A stretch of 29,557 nucleotides of DNA. Origin: a virus. Taxonomy: Duplodnaviria; Caudoviricetes. Location: positions 1 to 29,557 of the IMG/VR virus record IMGVR_UViG_3300012894_000017; one strand, 5' to 3'. Every line of letters starts with the position of its first letter. The stretch's first letter is position 1. Positions 14,786 to 23,190 of the stretch are shown in pieces. The notes under the pieces were generated by a model. That model did no database searches, was not told the DNA's origin, and was given only the letters and a program-made list of their open reading frames with translations. A program made the translations under genes and the position numbers.

Positions 14786-17023
14786 TCAGTCTTTGGTCTC
14801 GGTGTCGTCTTCGCTGCCTTCCTCGTCCAGGTCCTCGTCGCTCTCGTCGTCATCGTCCGGAGCACTGGGCTGGGCGGCCTCGGCGGCCGGGAGGGGCGGC
14901 AGGGGCTCGGGGAAGCGCAAGAGGGCGGGCACGAAGCCCTCGGCGTGCAGCCGTTCGGCGTGCTCGAGGATCCGCCCGCGCATCTCCTTGAGGGTCTTGC
15001 AGTCCTCGACCAGGGCGCGGCCCAGACCGGCCTCCTCGGCCAGCTTGATCAGGTCGCCACGCGGGTAACGCTTCAGCCACTCGTCGGTCAGGGTGAAGCT
15101 GTTGGCCAGCCAGCGAGGCGCGTCCGTCAGGTGGGCGATCTGTGCGTACTCGCTCCGAACTTCCTCTTTCGGGTTGTACTGGGACCAGTCGTAGGCGGTC
15201 ACAGCCACCAGGGTGTTCAGGTGGCCGAGCAGCTCGTCGTTCTCCAGGCCCAGCAGCAAGGTCAGCAGCGGATCCGCTTGGGGCGTGTGACCACCCAGCG
15301 CGGTCTGTGAGCTGTACGACCGGCTGTTCTCCACTGGCGCGATAAGGGTGCGCAGCGCCTCGCGCCGAGCGTGTAGGGTCGGCATCAGCGCCGCCATCTC
15401 GTCGTTGTTCGGCAGGCCCTGGACGTTGTTGATATGGGAACGCCCCACGTCTGACGCCTGGCCCAGCAGCATGCCCCAGACAGTCAGTGCCAGCGTCAGG
15501 TGGGTGTCGCCGACAGCGGCCTCTCTAGCCGCGTAGGCCCGCAGCTGATGCGCTTCGAGGTAGGCGCTTTCGGGCATCTGGCGCTCAGCCTTGGTCGTCT
15601 CGACGCTGCCGTCTTCCTTCACCGTCGCCTTGGCAGCCTTCCTGAGCCTGACGCCCTTCTCCTCGGCCAGCGTGCCCGAGGCCGTGCAGATGTAGAACAC
15701 CGTGCCCGCGTCAGTGGCCTTCTCGCTCGCGGATTCGTAGAGCTTGTGCGAGTACATCGGCATCGTCGAGTACTCGCCCGTTTCCACCGCCACGAACGCC
15801 CGGTCGCCCTTCGCGCGGCGCTTCTCGGCGAGCCCGTTGGCGTGCTCGACCTGGGCCTGCAACGCCTTCGCCTTGTCCTTGAAGTAGGGCTCGAAGGTGT
15901 CGAAGATGTCGCGCACGACTTCCAGGCCGCTCTTCTCGACGTTGAACCCAGCTGTCTTGACCAGCATCTGCCCACGCGTGAAGACCTTCGACAGCTCGGC
16001 GGCGCTCTGGGGCCGGTAAAGGTCGGTGGCCGAACTGGTCATGCTGTTCTGGAGATCCTTACCTGGGGCGCGGGCGATCACGAAGGCCTGCGCGAGGCTC
16101 ATCTGTCCGGCATCCAACGCTTCGCGCGCTTTCGTCAGCAGGTTGCGTGCCGCCAGAATGCGGTCGGCCACGGGCTGCTGGGTCTTGTACCCGAAGGTCG
16201 CGGTGATCGCTTCGACGGTGCGTCCGGCGTCCTGCAGTGCGGCCATCGCCTCGCACTCCTCGAGCGGCGTCATGCTGCGGCGCCGCATGTTCTCGGTGGC
16301 CGAGATCTCCAGTGCCTCGGCGTCGGTCATCTCCGAGATACGCACGAGGAAGGGCGCAGCGTCGGTGATCTGGCCCCGCTCGACGCGCAGCAGCTGTGCC
16401 CGGCGGCGGCTCTCGCCCGCCACGATCTCGATCTGACCATCGGCCGTCCAACGGCCGCTGGCGTTCTGCTGCTGGCCCTGTGAGTGCAGGCTGTCAGCCA
16501 GCTCTTCGATGGCCGCCGGGTCGTAGTGGTGCCGGACGTTGCAGGCGCTGCGGACGCACTGCGAGATCGGCACTTCGAACAGGCCGAGGGCGCCGGTCCA
16601 GGCGGGCGGGACGGTGGCCCCGTGCATGGTCGCCGTCAGCTTCGCCAGCTGAGCCTCGCTGGGCATTCCGGTAGCCTCCGCCGAGATCTCGTTGGCCTGG
16701 GCCGAAACCGCCGTGTCACCCGGTACGGCCTGCGCTGAGACGACCGTGTCGTTCGGTGTTTCTGGCTGAACCTTCTTCGGGCGGCCGGGCTTGCGCTTCG
16801 CGGGGGCTTCGGTGGCGGCGGTCTTCGTGGTTGCGGTCATGGGGGTCTCCTCAATGGGGGTGCACATGGTGCTATGGACGGTGACGAGTTCTCCGGCGAC
16901 GTCGAGATGGACGGCCAAGCGGTCGGGGTACCAATGGTCCTGATTGGTCCAGCGCACCGTGCCTTCGACCAGACCGCGCACAGGGACACGGGCGAGCAGT
17001 CGCTGACCCGGCTGGATGTCCAT
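14786..17023 (-). CDS. Large ParB/RepB/Spo0J-family protein (orphan, no ParA in window)
   Basis: CNVR...IEELADSL...EIVAGESRRRA (GxxRxxA) and ATENMRRRSMTPLEECEA, followed by an HTH; second good start ATG 16840 behind GAGGAG. Confidence 0.88.
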   Translation of the reverse strand: MDIQPGQRLLARVPVRGLVEGTVRWTNQDHWYPDRLAVHLDVAGELVTVHSTMCTPIEETPMTATTKTAATEAPAKRKPGRPKKVQPETPNDTVVSAQAVPGDTAVSAQANEISAEATGMPSEAQLAKLTATMHGATVPPAWTGALGLFEVPISQCVRSACNVRHHYDPAAIEELADSLHSQGQQQNASGRWTADGQIEIVAGESRRRAQLLRVERGQITDAAPFLVRISEMTDAEALEISATENMRRRSMTPLEECEAMAALQDAGRTVEAITATFGYKTQQPVADRILAARNLLTKAREALDAGQMSLAQAFVIARAPGKDLQNSMTSSATDLYRPQSAAELSKVFTRGQMLVKTAGFNVEKSGLEVVRDIFDTFEPYFKDKAKALQAQVEHANGLAEKRRAKGDRAFVAVETGEYSTMPMYSHKLYESASEKATDAGTVFYICTASGTLAEEKGVRLRKAAKATVKEDGSVETTKAERQMPESAYLEAHQLRAYAAREAAVGDTHLTLALTVWGMLLGQASDVGRSHINNVQGLPNNDEMAALMPTLHARREALRTLIAPVENSRSYSSQTALGGHTPQADPLLTLLLGLENDELLGHLNTLVAVTAYDWSQYNPKEEVRSEYAQIAHLTDAPRWLANSFTLTDEWLKRYPRGDLIKLAEEAGLGRALVEDCKTLKEMRGRILEHAERLHAEGFVPALLRFPEPLPPLPAAEAAQPSAPDDDDESDEDLDEEGSEDDTETKD

Positions 17024-17478
17024 CAGTTCTTCGCCGGCAGATCGCCGTACCGGGTGGGGAACACGCGCTTTTCAACCGTGTCGAGCAGCAGCCGCTCCGT
17101 ATCGAGCTCGCGGAGCAGCGCGGGGTCGGTGATGCCGAGGCGCAGGACCACGTAGCGGTCCATCTCTTCGTCAGCGCTCTCCTCGTTGCTGGTCGGGTTC
17201 ATCCCGGCGTGCAGGGCAGCCAGCGCCGCGTCACGGAGGGCCGGCTGGCAGCAGTCGGCGCGGCGACGGCGGAACACGCCGGTCGCTAGCGTCAGGAAGA
17301 TGACGCCCTCGGACCCGCAGTGCGGGCAGTCGGCGTTGATGACGCGCCGCTGGACTTCGCTCCGCTGCTGCTGGCGTTCGATGCTTTGGTGGAGCGCGGC
17401 GCGAGCGCGGGGGCTGTTGATCAGCAGCTGGGCGAGGGTCGCGGCTTCTTCCTGGACATGGGCTTCGGTCTTGTTCAT
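17023..17478 (-). CDS. Hypothetical Cys-containing protein downstream of the initiator
   Basis: 151 aa from ATG 17478 (ATGA overlap); CPHC...CC. Confidence 0.65.
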   Translation of the reverse strand: MNKTEAHVQEEAATLAQLLINSPRARAALHQSIERQQQRSEVQRRVINADCPHCGSEGVIFLTLATGVFRRRRADCCQPALRDAALAALHAGMNPTSNEESADEEMDRYVVLRLGITDPALLRELDTERLLLDTVEKRVFPTRYGDLPAKN

Positions 17479-18503
17479 TCGGGCCTCTCGGCAGCAGCCA
17501 GTCGAGCGTCGAGGCGGGCGCTGCGGGATTGGGGTTTGGCGGTAGGCGTGGTGCCGGTACTGGGTACCCGGCGGGCACGGCGCAGGCTGGCGGTCTCGGC
17601 GTCCAGCAGGCCGATCAGCGCGGACTTCCACTTGCCCTTCGCTGAGGTGGTCAGGGCGTCGTCCTTGCTGGCCTGGAAGGTCTCGGCTTCCAGGGCGAAC
17701 CAGTCACGCCGCGAGGGGTCTTCTTCGATCAGGCGGCCCAGCCACTCGGCCCCGAAGCAGCCGGCGAGGAACTTCCGGCTCGGACCCTCGGGGAAGTTAT
17801 CCACAGACTTATCCACAGGCCGCGCGGCGCCGGGGCCATCCTTGGGGCTCGTGGCGTTGGGCGCTCTGCCGTTCGCCTTGGGGAGTTCAGGTTCCTGGAG
17901 AGGCGGGGTGGGGGTGTTGACCCTGGCCGCGTCAGCGGCCTCGGTGCTGGTGTCCTGATCCTGACCCTCGGCCGAGACCGGCACTTGAGCCGGAGGCGTT
18001 GACTCGCCTTGAGCACCGTCGGTCTCTGACGGTTCTTCTGTTGGTTCACTGACGGTTACTGACGGTTCGGGTGAAGTGGGCTTCACCCTTTCCGCACTGG
18101 ATTTCACCCTTTCCGCACTGGATTTCACCCTTTGTGCAGAGAATTTCACCCTTTCGAGCAGCGCAGAGATTTTCACCCTTTCGTCGCTGGATTTCACCCT
18201 TTCCAGCTGAGCGGGCAACTCGAGGAGCAGCCGGGTCAGGGTGTCTGGGGGAAAGACCCAGTACTGGTTCGTGTTCCGTCGGCCGGTTCCCAGTTCGGTG
18301 ATCAGCTCGCCCGACTCTTCGAGTTCGCGCAACACCAGTTGGGCGTTCCGTTCGGTGATTCGGCACTTGTGGGCCAGCGAGGCGATGCCAGGAAAGCAAC
18401 AGCCCTCCTCGTTGGCGTGATCGGCCAGGGCCAGCATCATCAGCCGCTTGGTGCCGGTGGCGCTGCTGGAGTTCCAGACCTCTGTCATGACCTTGATGCT
18501 CAC
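17475..18503 (-). CDS. Phage replication initiator (N-terminal HTH_36-like, lambda O-like layout)
   Basis: SIKVMTEVW...LMMLALADHANEEGCCFPGIASLAHKC; internal (E)RVKS repeats correspond to iterons; GTG 18503 overlaps the upstream stop. Confidence 0.85.
   Translation of the reverse strand: MSIKVMTEVWNSSSATGTKRLMMLALADHANEEGCCFPGIASLAHKCRITERNAQLVLRELEESGELITELGTGRRNTNQYWVFPPDTLTRLLLELPAQLERVKSSDERVKISALLERVKFSAQRVKSSAERVKSSAERVKPTSPEPSVTVSEPTEEPSETDGAQGESTPPAQVPVSAEGQDQDTSTEAADAARVNTPTPPLQEPELPKANGRAPNATSPKDGPGAARPVDKSVDNFPEGPSRKFLAGCFGAEWLGRLIEEDPSRRDWFALEAETFQASKDDALTTSAKGKWKSALIGLLDAETASLRRARRVPSTGTTPTAKPQSRSARLDARLAAAERPE
17797..17817 (+). promoter_or_regulatory. Two tandem perfect DnaA boxes
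   Basis: TTATCCACA at 17797-17805 and 17809-17817. Confidence 0.8.
18069..18202. repeat. Iteron array, putative phage replication origin
   Basis: TTCACCCTTT at 18082, 18103, 18124, 18145, 18172 and 18193 (spacing 21,21,21,27,21), plus an inverted GGGTGAA at 18069. Confidence 0.88.
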
Positions 18504-18757
18504 AGCCACTCACCGACCCAGTGCTGGTATGCAAAGGCGTTTACTCCAGGCCGGTACACCTGCTCGGACTTCGCCAAGCCCATCTTCCGGAGGGTGTACA
18601 TATAGCCGGAGCAGTGCTTCAGGGACAGCCCCGTCTCGTCCGCGAGTTCGATGGAGGTCATGGGAAGGCCGGGCACCTCGTAGAGGGCCTGGAGCACCCG
18701 GTAGATCTGCGTACCTTCACGGATGCAACTCGGAACGTACCCTTTCCTGTTGCTCAT
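18500..18757 (-). CDS. Small winged-HTH protein
   Basis: 85 aa; MTSIELADETGLSLKHCSGYMYTLRKMGL. Confidence 0.7.
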   Translation of the reverse strand: MSNRKGYVPSCIREGTQIYRVLQALYEVPGLPMTSIELADETGLSLKHCSGYMYTLRKMGLAKSEQVYRPGVNAFAYQHWVGEWL

Positions 18758-19782
18758 GCGGCCACCGCCAGTGGCCAGGGCAGGGCCCGGAAGATCGCGC
18801 GCCAGCGGCCGACCAGCAGCACGAAGCGCAGGGACAGCTTCAGGCGCGCCCGCTCGTACCGGCTCCAGCGCTCCTCGCGCAGGTCCTCCAGGGCCGCACC
18901 TTTCAGGTACCCGAGGCGGGCCGCCAGCACCTCGCGCTGCCGGAACCAGCGCGACCGCAGGCCCTGGACTACGGAGCAGAAGCTGAGCACCAGGATGTGC
19001 CCTTGCCGCTCGGCCTCGTCACGGGCCTTCTGTTCCGCCTTGAGCCGCTTGGCCTCGTCCGTGTCTACCGGGGTGGACAGTCCAAGGGCGACCCTGGGGG
19101 CTGTCTGCCGGGGGCGAGACGAGGCCGTCATCGGTCGGTCGGCGACCTCGGCCGGGACAGAGGCTGGCTCCGGTTGAGGCTCAGGGTTCAGGCCCAGGGC
19201 CTGGAGTCGGTCAGCCCTCAGTCGTTCAGTGAGGTCACGCAGCACGTCGGCGTCCTGTTGCTTCAATTCCGGCCAGGGTTTCGGGCCGCGCTTCACCAAG
19301 ACCTTGAACACCTCCTCCTCGAGGAGTTGGTCGCCATACTCGAAGGTCGTCTTCTGATGGCCGCGACGCGCCTGGGTGCGGGTCACCGAGATCTGGCAGT
19401 GCAGGCACTTCCAGCTGTAGAAGCTGAAGCCGCACCCGTCCCCGTGCAGCGGGTTCCCGAGTTGGTGGTCGCACTGGTCCGGGCCGGTTGCCCGATCTGC
19501 CAGTGCGAACGCCGGGATCTTGTCTTTGCGCTCGAAGGCCGTGATCTTCGGGAGCAGCATCTTCGCGTCCCGAGCAACGATCTCGACCTCCTTGCGGCTC
19601 GGCTGCTTGCTCGCCGTGCGCCAGGTGGTGAGCGCCAGGCGGTCATTCCGGATCAACGCCGCGACGTGCAGGCCACCCGGCAGCTGAATGCTGGCCGTAT
19701 TGGTCCGGCTCATGCGGGCCGCCTCGGTCAGCTGTTCGAGCAGTACTGGAAGCGGAACGCCCTTGCCCTCAACGGGTGTCAT
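18754..19782 (-). CDS. Hypothetical protein with Cys/His cluster
   Basis: CDH...C...WKCLHC; ATG 19782 behind AGGA; ATGA coupling downstream. Confidence 0.65.
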   Translation of the reverse strand: MTPVEGKGVPLPVLLEQLTEAARMSRTNTASIQLPGGLHVAALIRNDRLALTTWRTASKQPSRKEVEIVARDAKMLLPKITAFERKDKIPAFALADRATGPDQCDHQLGNPLHGDGCGFSFYSWKCLHCQISVTRTQARRGHQKTTFEYGDQLLEEEVFKVLVKRGPKPWPELKQQDADVLRDLTERLRADRLQALGLNPEPQPEPASVPAEVADRPMTASSRPRQTAPRVALGLSTPVDTDEAKRLKAEQKARDEAERQGHILVLSFCSVVQGLRSRWFRQREVLAARLGYLKGAALEDLREERWSRYERARLKLSLRFVLLVGRWRAIFRALPWPLAVAA

Positions 19783-19868
19783 GGCGTCCTGCGGTGTGTT
19801 GTTGGAAGTGTGGTGCCATGGAAACCTCGGAGGCCCGCCCAGTGCGAACCGGGCGGGCAAGAAAGATG

Positions 19869-20909
19869 TCAGAACGGAAGAGGCTCCGGATCAGTTGGTG
19901 GAGTCACCGCCACGTCGCCCCCGTGCTGCCCCTGCTGCCAGGCCTGCCACTCGTTGATCAGGCGCTCCGGGTCGCGCTCAGCCCCGAGCTTCTGCAGGAC
20001 GAGCTGCGACTGGGCCGCATCTAGCTGAGTGGTGCTGGTCAGCTCGCCTGGAAAGCGGGACAGCCAGGCGGTGAATGCCAGACGCTCGGCGCGCTGCTCG
20101 GCCGAGAAGCCGTATCGGCCGGCCAGATGCAGCACGATGGCCTGATGGGGCGTGCGACTGCGAGAGTCAGCCACTGCCGGTGCCGGGGTAGGGGACGCGG
20201 TCTCGGGCTCGGGCTCGGCCTTCTTGTCGATCAGCGCCTGCAGGTCACGGCGCAGTCTGGCCGCCTTGCCACTGTCACCACGCCAGCCGCTGAACTGCCG
20301 CTCCATACCTTCGAGCTGCTCGTCCAGGCGCAGGCGTCGCGCATAGTTCCAGAGGTCCTTGACCGCACTGATCAGTTCCTCGTTGGGAGCGACCGCCTGC
20401 TGAGCCGAGCGGGCACGGCGAGACGTCTCACCACCGTCGTTCGCGTCGGTGTCCTCGTCCGCCGCGATGCCGAGGAGCGCGGTCAGGCCGTAGCGGCGCA
20501 GATAGGTGCTGACGCTGGCCATACCCTGCACCGCCTTCATGCGGCCGTCTTCGCTGTCCACCGGGGCCGAGACCGTCACGCTGACCCACTCGCCGCTGGT
20601 GTGCTGCAGCAGGGTGGTGGCCTGTACCGTGACACCGAAGGCCAGCGGCTGGCTGAGCCAGATGCCGTTGGCATTCAGGTGCGGCCGCACGGCGTCCAGC
20701 AGGTCGTGCAGGGTGGCGTAGCGGTAGCTGTACCCACTGCCCGAACGGGTCTTGACGTTCGCCTGCCCGCGCATTGGCACGGCCGGGAAAGACGACTGCG
20801 CGGCGACGAGCGCGGCGGTGATCTTGGTGAAGCCCTCACTGCGGGCGTAGGTCTCGCCCTGCATCGTGCCGGGAGGCGGCGTCAGGGTCAGGTGCTCGGC
20901 GGCCGTCAC
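19869..20909 (-). CDS. erf: ERF-family single-strand annealing recombinase
   Basis: AALVAAQ...YRYATLHDLLDAVRPHL...GEWVS...STYLRRYGLTALLGIAADEDTDAN. Confidence 0.9.
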   Translation of the reverse strand: MTAAEHLTLTPPPGTMQGETYARSEGFTKITAALVAAQSSFPAVPMRGQANVKTRSGSGYSYRYATLHDLLDAVRPHLNANGIWLSQPLAFGVTVQATTLLQHTSGEWVSVTVSAPVDSEDGRMKAVQGMASVSTYLRRYGLTALLGIAADEDTDANDGGETSRRARSAQQAVAPNEELISAVKDLWNYARRLRLDEQLEGMERQFSGWRGDSGKAARLRRDLQALIDKKAEPEPETASPTPAPAVADSRSRTPHQAIVLHLAGRYGFSAEQRAERLAFTAWLSRFPGELTSTTQLDAAQSQLVLQKLGAERDPERLINEWQAWQQGQHGGDVAVTPPTDPEPLPF

Positions 20910-21184
20910 GACTGCACCGCCTTGTTCCACTCGTGCAGCACCAGATTCCAGGCGCGGCCATGGCCGAGCACCGGCACCTGCCGGATCACGCGCAGGCGCA
21001 CGGCAGGTTCGGTGGGCAGGTCGAGCACGCGCTCGAAGCGTTCGTGCTGGGGCACGCTGTCAGCCCAGCCGTTCTCAGGGTCGGGAGTGTGGGTGTGGGT
21101 CAGCATGGGAGCCTCCTGGGGGCGCAGTTTGGGCAGCGAGGCCACTAGGGCCACGCCGAGGGCGAGGGTCAGGATGGTGAGCAT
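20906..21184 (-). CDS. Hypothetical protein with N-terminal hydrophobic segment
   Basis: 92 aa; TGATG coupling; internal AGGAGG-preceded ATG at about 21106. Confidence 0.55.
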   Translation of the reverse strand: MLTILTLALGVALVASLPKLRPQEAPMLTHTHTPDPENGWADSVPQHERFERVLDLPTEPAVRLRVIRQVPVLGHGRAWNLVLHEWNKAVQS

Positions 21185-21387
21185 CAGGTGGTCTCCCGGT
21201 TGAGGACACGGGCATGGGTGAGCTTGACCTCGACGGTGGACTCTGCCTGGCAGTTCATGCAGGTCATCCAGACGTACCCGTCGGCGAGTTCGCCCCGGAG
21301 ATTGCGGGCAATGTCGTCAATGCTCCAGAGCGTCTGACAGACAGGGCAGGAGCCATTCGTGGTTTCCTTCTCTTCAACGAGCGGCAT
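21184..21387 (-). CDS. Small Zn-ribbon protein
   Basis: CPVC...CMNC; GAGGAG RBS. Confidence 0.65.
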   Translation of the reverse strand: MPLVEEKETTNGSCPVCQTLWSIDDIARNLRGELADGYVWMTCMNCQAESTVEVKLTHARVLNRETT

Positions 21388-21388
21388 C

Positions 21389-21484
21389 TCAGTTGTCTCC
21401 TCTGGGGTTGGTCTGGCTCATGACCCACAGGCCGAGCACCAGACCGGCGATCACGACAGCAACGACGATCTGTTCGGTGCTCAC
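21389..21484 (-). CDS. 31-aa single-TM miniprotein (not in the ORF track)
   Basis: GTG 21484 overlaps the upstream TGA; MSTEQIVVAVVIAGLVLGLWVMSQTNPRGDN. Confidence 0.5.
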   Translation of the reverse strand: MSTEQIVVAVVIAGLVLGLWVMSQTNPRGDN

Positions 21485-21618
21485 GAGTTGTTCGCCTCGG
21501 ATACGCGGCGGAAGCGCTCGACGGTGCGGTCGGCCTTGGGGGTGGTGAGCTGGGCCATCAACCACGCGCGCATCGGGTGACGGCAGGCCCGGAGGCGCAG
21601 CAGTAAGGTGCCCAGCAT
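21481..21618 (-). CDS. Small hypothetical protein
   Basis: 45 aa; TGATG coupling. Confidence 0.45.
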   Translation of the reverse strand: MLGTLLLRLRACRHPMRAWLMAQLTTPKADRTVERFRRVSEANNS

Positions 21619-21785
21619 CAGCGCATCCCCAGAGCGCGCTGCAGGCCCCGCCATATCCAGCCGAGCAGGGTCGGTCGCGGGCGGGCGTGCATGATCAGCT
21701 CGCAATCGGCGCACACGGTCTCCGGGTCGCCCATCGTCAGCCGACTGCCGCAGACGTGGCAGCTCGCTATGGTTACGGCCCGCAT
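21618..21785 (-). CDS. Small Zn-finger protein
   Basis: 55 aa; CHVC...CADC; GGAGG RBS; TGATG coupling. Confidence 0.55.
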   Translation of the reverse strand: MRAVTIASCHVCGSRLTMGDPETVCADCELIMHARPRPTLLGWIWRGLQRALGMR

Positions 21786-22096
21786 CAGGCCTGTCCTCCT
21801 GCAGACACGAAATCTGCGGGGGCCTCGTCGAACTCGCACTCCAGGCGAGAGATCAGGATCGGGCGGGTGATGTCGGTGTACGGGCCCATCGTCCCGCCGC
21901 CAGCCCACTTCATCGAGGCGTGCAGCCGGTTGAAGCCGATGCATTCCCACACGCTGCGCGAGTACGAACGGTCGCCAGTCAGAACGCTTGGCCCGCAGGT
22001 GTACACCTTGCCGATTTCCAGCGGGCTGGGCGTGGCGATCGGCTGGCGACGTTCGAAGCCGCCCAGGCCCAGCAGGCCGAACAGGTCGCCGGCCAT
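21785..22096 (-). CDS. Hypothetical protein
   Basis: 103 aa from ATG 22096; GGAG RBS; TGATG coupling. Confidence 0.55.
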   Translation of the reverse strand: MAGDLFGLLGLGGFERRQPIATPSPLEIGKVYTCGPSVLTGDRSYSRSVWECIGFNRLHASMKWAGGGTMGPYTDITRPILISRLECEFDEAPADFVSAGGQA

Positions 22097-22344
22097 CAGC
22101 ACCACTCCCGGGTCAGCCGGTCTTCGGCCAGCAGTCGGAGGGTCTCGGTCTCGCCTTGCGTGCATTCGATCAGCGGGTCGGGCTCGAGCGCGAGGAGCAA
22201 CCCCAGGTGTAGCTGCTCCAGCAGATCGCTGCAGATCACGGCGGTGGCGTTGCGGCACTCCGGGCAGGCGGGGGACGTGATCAACATCACGTGGCCCTGG
22301 TCACACCAAGTCCTGGTCGGGATGTGGCCCTCGGCGCGACTCAT
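22096..22344 (-). CDS. Small Cys-rich protein
   Basis: 82 aa; CDQGH...CPEC; ATGA coupling. Confidence 0.55.
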   Translation of the reverse strand: MSRAEGHIPTRTWCDQGHVMLITSPACPECRNATAVICSDLLEQLHLGLLLALEPDPLIECTQGETETLRLLAEDRLTREWC

Positions 22345-22562
22345 GCTGCCGCCTTACTGGCCTTTCTCGCGTCCCGGATCAGCTTCTGGGTGCGGCGCTC
22401 GAACTCGTCGAGCTGCACCTGCGTGAAGTTCCCAGTCCACCACCCGGCCAGCATCAGCGTGCCGTGCTTCATCTGCCCGTCACCGAACGGCACTTCCGCC
22501 TGCACAGCCTCCCAGACCTGCCGACCGACAGCAGCGGTGATACGCCCTTCAGTCCGCGGCAT
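22341..22562 (-). CDS. Hypothetical protein
   Basis: 73 aa from ATG 22562 behind AGGAGG. Confidence 0.6.
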   Translation of the reverse strand: MPRTEGRITAAVGRQVWEAVQAEVPFGDGQMKHGTLMLAGWWTGNFTQVQLDEFERRTQKLIRDARKASKAAA

Positions 22563-22773
22563 GCGCGGCCTCCTGAATGATCTGCTCGGCACGGGCTTCG
22601 AGCTCGGCCCGCTCAGCAGCCGGGAGCGCGTCCATCCGAGCGCAGGCGCGGTCATACCACGCGAGAAGCGCCTCTTCGCGCGTCTCCGGCGCTGGATTGG
22701 TATCCACGAACGCCACCTGGGGGCGTCTGGCGGGGGTAGGTTGTTTCCGTCCCTGTGAACCTGTCATACTCAT
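22549..22773 (-). CDS. Hypothetical protein (first gene after cro)
   Basis: 74 aa; TAAGGAG RBS. Confidence 0.65.
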   Translation of the reverse strand: MSMTGSQGRKQPTPARRPQVAFVDTNPAPETREEALLAWYDRACARMDALPAAERAELEARAEQIIQEAAHAAD

Positions 22774-22795
22774 GGCGTCTCCTTAAAGTTCTGAA

Positions 22796-22821
22796 TGCCC
22801 CCGGCTCTCACCCCGGGGGCA
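22796..22821 (-). promoter_or_regulatory. 9-bp hairpin just downstream of cro
   Basis: TGCCCCCGG-N8-CCGGGGGCA; a related copy lies at 7959-7990. Confidence 0.55.
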
Positions 22822-22834
22822 CTTGCTTTGTCGG

Positions 22835-23059
22835 CTAGGCCGACGCCTCGGATGCCTCTGTAGTGTGCCTGTCTCGTTCTAGTATCAGTTTGCAGTAAAG
22901 CAAAGTGATGGTGGCTGACCGAGTAGTATCCACACCCTTAAGCGCATCCCCAACGGTTTTCTTGTGCATGCCAGTCATGCGCGAAAGTGCCCTCGCAGAG
23001 AGGTTTCTATGGGAAACCTCCCTGAGAATTTGGGCTAGCATCTCGTCTTTTTCAGGCAT
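22835..23059 (-). CDS. Cro-like HTH regulator
   Basis: 74 aa; LSARALSRMTGMHKKTVGDALKG HTH; divergent from the repressor. Confidence 0.8.
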   Translation of the reverse strand: MPEKDEMLAQILREVSHRNLSARALSRMTGMHKKTVGDALKGVDTTRSATITLLYCKLILERDRHTTEASEASA

Positions 23060-23064
23060 ACGTC

Positions 23065-23093
23065 AGTTTAGGGCTGGGCTAGTAGTGTGTCAA
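23065..23093 (-). promoter_or_regulatory. Early lytic promoter, leaderless
   Basis: TTGACA (23093-23088), 17 bp, TAAACT (23070-23065), 5 nt, then ATG; no SD. Confidence 0.8.
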
Positions 23094-23095
23094 GA

Positions 23096-23132
23096 CTGTA
23101 GCGAGACAGAATGTTACTCTGTCTCGCTACAG
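23096..23132. repeat. Perfect 15-bp inverted repeat between the divergent promoters (operator candidate)
   Basis: CTGTAGCGAGACAGA-atgttac-TCTGTCTCGCTACAG. Confidence 0.85.
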
Positions 23133-23153
23133 GGTTAATTTTGGGCTAATACG

Positions 23154-23182
23154 TAGCCAAACCGATACAGTAGTAGTACAGT
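23154..23182 (+). promoter_or_regulatory. Candidate repressor (lysogenic) promoter, near-leaderless
   Basis: TAGCCA, 17 bp, TACAGT, 8 nt, then ATG 23191. Confidence 0.5.
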
Positions 23183-23190
23183 GTGGATTA

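Noticed and set aside
16694-16752. DTVVSAQA/DTAVSAQA duplication in the ParB linker as a parS site
   Set aside because: Not palindromic and diverged at synonymous positions; looks like a short peptide duplication
18069-18202. Regularly spaced repeats as a possible CRISPR array
   Set aside because: Repeats of about 10 bp with 11-17 bp gaps, in frame within the initiator gene, and no cas genes; they fit iterons
19833-19858. GCCCGCCC-N10-GGGCGGGC hairpin after erf as a terminator
   Set aside because: No U-tract on the sense strand; at most a stability hairpin
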